From the NCBI RefSeq assembly GCF_006345805.1, contig NC_043008.1, forward strand, positions 22,506,001 through 22,570,000: a stretch of 64,000 nt of DNA. The letters run 5' to 3'. A model generated the notes under the pieces. That model saw only the letters and a list, made by a program, of their open reading frames with translations. It searched no databases and was not told the origin of the DNA. Within the stretch, counting starts at the first letter, position 1. Each line of letters starts with the position of its first letter. This document shows, piece after piece, positions 1-64,000 of the stretch. Made by a program: the position numbers and the translations under genes. This DNA comes from Octopus sinensis. Taxonomy: Eukaryota.

Positions 1-151
1 GTTACTGAGTTGCTTGGATGCTAAACTGATACTTCATGGGTTCCGGAAGCATCTCCTGTCATTCATAGGGTCACTGTGAATTGATTAAAATCCATATGTG
101 TTAACCATTGGATCATTAAGACATAACTGTCACATTCATTATATATATCAA

Positions 152-943
152 CTAGCAGTATCGCCCGGCGTTGCTCGGGTTTGTAGGGGAAATATCTATA
201 TAAGCATTTTTAGAGATGTAAAGTATAATAGCCATCTCAATATGGCTAACCATAAAGGGGGGGTGTTACTGTAGCTTTTTACGTTCTGAGATTTAATAAT
301 ACATTTTTAGAGAGTTACTTCCCTTATATAATAGCAAAAAAATGCATTAAAAATGGGAAAAAATGATGGTAAATTTTTTTTTAATCGCAGACTCATCGTA
401 GACGCGCGCTAATACCCAGAAGGGTTCGATATGAATCACGACTATAAGATACCCGCTTTTGGTTAAACTGCACCGCAAAATGTGGGAGTAATTAGGAATC
501 TAAATCATAGGAGACAGACACACAACTTCACTTTTATATATAAAGACTAGCAGTATCGCCCGGCGTTGCTCGGGTTTGTAAGGGAAATAACTATATAAGC
601 ATTTTTAGAGAGTTATAGCCAAAAAGTAGCAGAAAATGCATTAAAAATGGAAAAAAAATTATGGTAAATTTTTTTTTAAATCGTTGACTCATCGTAGACA
701 TTTTTAGAGAGTTACTTCCCTTATGTAATAGCGAGAAAAATGCATTAAAATGGGAAAAAAATTATGGTAAATTTTTTTAAATCGTAAACTCATCGTAGAC
801 GCGCGCTAATACCCAGAAGGGCTCGATATGAATCACGACTATAAGATACCCGCTTTTGGTTAAACTGCACTACAAAATGTAGGAGTAGTTAGGAATCTAA
901 ATCATAGGAGACAGACATACAACTTCACTTTTATATATAAAGA
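152..943 (-). mobile_element. Two tandem non-autonomous Helitron-like elements (152-546, 547-943)
   Basis: On minus strand each runs 5'-TC...CCCGAGCAACGCCGGG hairpin...CTAG-3'; no TSD. Confidence 0.82.
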
Positions 944-1389
944 TTAGCAGGTATGGGTGTACGGTTAAGACATTTGTATGACAACTTAGAGAGTGAGACA
1001 AGTCCTCATAAATTCAAAATTATCTGGGCTATTGTAGATAGTGTACATGGAAAACAGGCATTAAATGATGATGGTAAGGATGATGACACATGCAGACACA
1101 CACACAATGGGCTTCTTGCAGACTCTTTCTCCAAAATCTATTCACAAAGCTTTGCTTGGTCTAGGACCTTAGTAGAAAACATTTACCACTCAAAATGCCC
1201 TGCATGTGGTTTTGGAACTGAACTTGAAATTAAATGGTTTATGGTTCAGAAGCAAACTTGTTAACCACACAGTGCCATACCACCCCAAATATAAGACAAT
1301 CAAAAGGAAAAAAAGAATTTGGGACCACTACCAAAGGGATCACACTCGTGCTCAGAACTTTTGAAACAATTCTTCATAGACATTGATTA

Positions 1390-63054
<61,665 letters not shown>

Positions 63055-63416
63055 GGCGTCATGCAGTCCGCACACTTTGCTGCAAAAAAAATAAATAAAT
63101 AACACTAATTAGATATTTAAGAGTACTTCAGATGAACACAACAATAAAAATGATAACAACAGCCAGTGCAACACATACGTATGTATATATGAGAATCTGG
63201 CCAAAATGTTTTGGTCAGCCTAGGGCTAAAGAAGAAGACACTTATTCAAGTAGGGATTGAACCCAGGACCATGTGCTTAGGAAGTGAACTCCTTAACCAC
63301 ACATCCACAATACTCAAGTTGCTGAATGATGGGGGAAAATAAAATGAAAATAGAAGCTACAGTCATTGTGTGTGTTCTTAAACTACATAGAATAGTTTTA
63401 CCAAAATATAATCAAA

Positions 63417-63782
63417 CTAGCAGTATGACCCGGCAATGCCAGGTCATAATGCTAGTGCATGCATATACAGCTGTGTGCGTGCACACATACACACGAGTAC
63501 TGTCCAAATCTCCGACCAGTCACATACAGCTAGCTGGCATTCAATTGGCGTATCAAGTTTCGGGCATTTTGATTGGGTTTGGGATAAAAAAAATTCACAA
63601 AAAAGTCATTTCTATTGATTTTTTAATGGCTTTGCGGGGTGACTGGGGAAATGTAATGATGTGCACGACCACCCTTGGACGGTTTTGAATGACCATAGAA
63701 AGTGTGAGCCCTCTAAGTGAAAAATTGTGGATTTGTATAAAGGACACGCATGCAGACATTTTGCCATTTATATATAGAGAGA
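63417..63782 (-). mobile_element. Non-autonomous Helitron-like element, family 2
   Basis: TC start, subterminal hairpin, CTAG end, A|T flanks. Confidence 0.8.
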
Positions 63783-64000
63783 TTACTAAAATGATTCTTC
63801 CACAATATAATTAAATTAGTAAAATGATTTTTCTACAGTATAATTGAATTAGTATAATGCTGGTACCAAGTAAAAAGCACTCTTGCTGGTGCCATGTAAG
63901 TAGGACTTGTACTGGGTCCATGTAAAAAGCACCTGTGCTGGTGCCACATAAAAAGCACCCAGTACACTCTGTAAAGTGGTTGGCATTAGGAAAGGCATCC

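Noticed and set aside
953-1264. 103-aa plus-strand ORF
   Set aside because: Overlaps a degenerate SINE; no recognisable domain.

Overview
Eukaryotic, repeat-rich genomic DNA, most likely from an octopus or related coleoid cephalopod (inferred from the SINE, Helitron and Penelope repertoire and the abundant (TA)n/(AAT)n; not proven). A single protein-coding gene spans the window on the minus strand: a class I phosphoinositide 3-kinase catalytic subunit (p110, beta/delta-like). I assembled 21 phase-consistent GT-AG coding exons by hand, from the probable ATG at 63054 down to 1405 (2718 nt, 906 codons: ABD, RBD, C2, helical domain, and kinase domain through DRHxDN). The DFG exon and C-terminus lie left of the window. 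The introns hold tRNA-derived SINEs, RTE, CR1 and Dong/R4 LINE fragments, non-autonomous Helitrons, piggyBac/hAT MITEs and a 5'-truncated, nearly intact Penelope-like element. The standout feature is a ~7.1 kb array of a ~481-bp non-coding monomer (11355-18470). Nearly every monomer folds into a minimal type I hammerhead ribozyme with a palindromic stem III. The array sits in a (TA)n tract and begins with an inverted block, the same architecture as the Penelope-like element at 55667-58516, which has its own hammerhead. A related hammerhead pair lies at 45.3 and 46.5 kb. This suggests a Penelope-mobilised, retrozyme-like circular-RNA/satellite system inside a PI3K intron. Repeat boundaries are approximate; exon boundaries were checked base by base.
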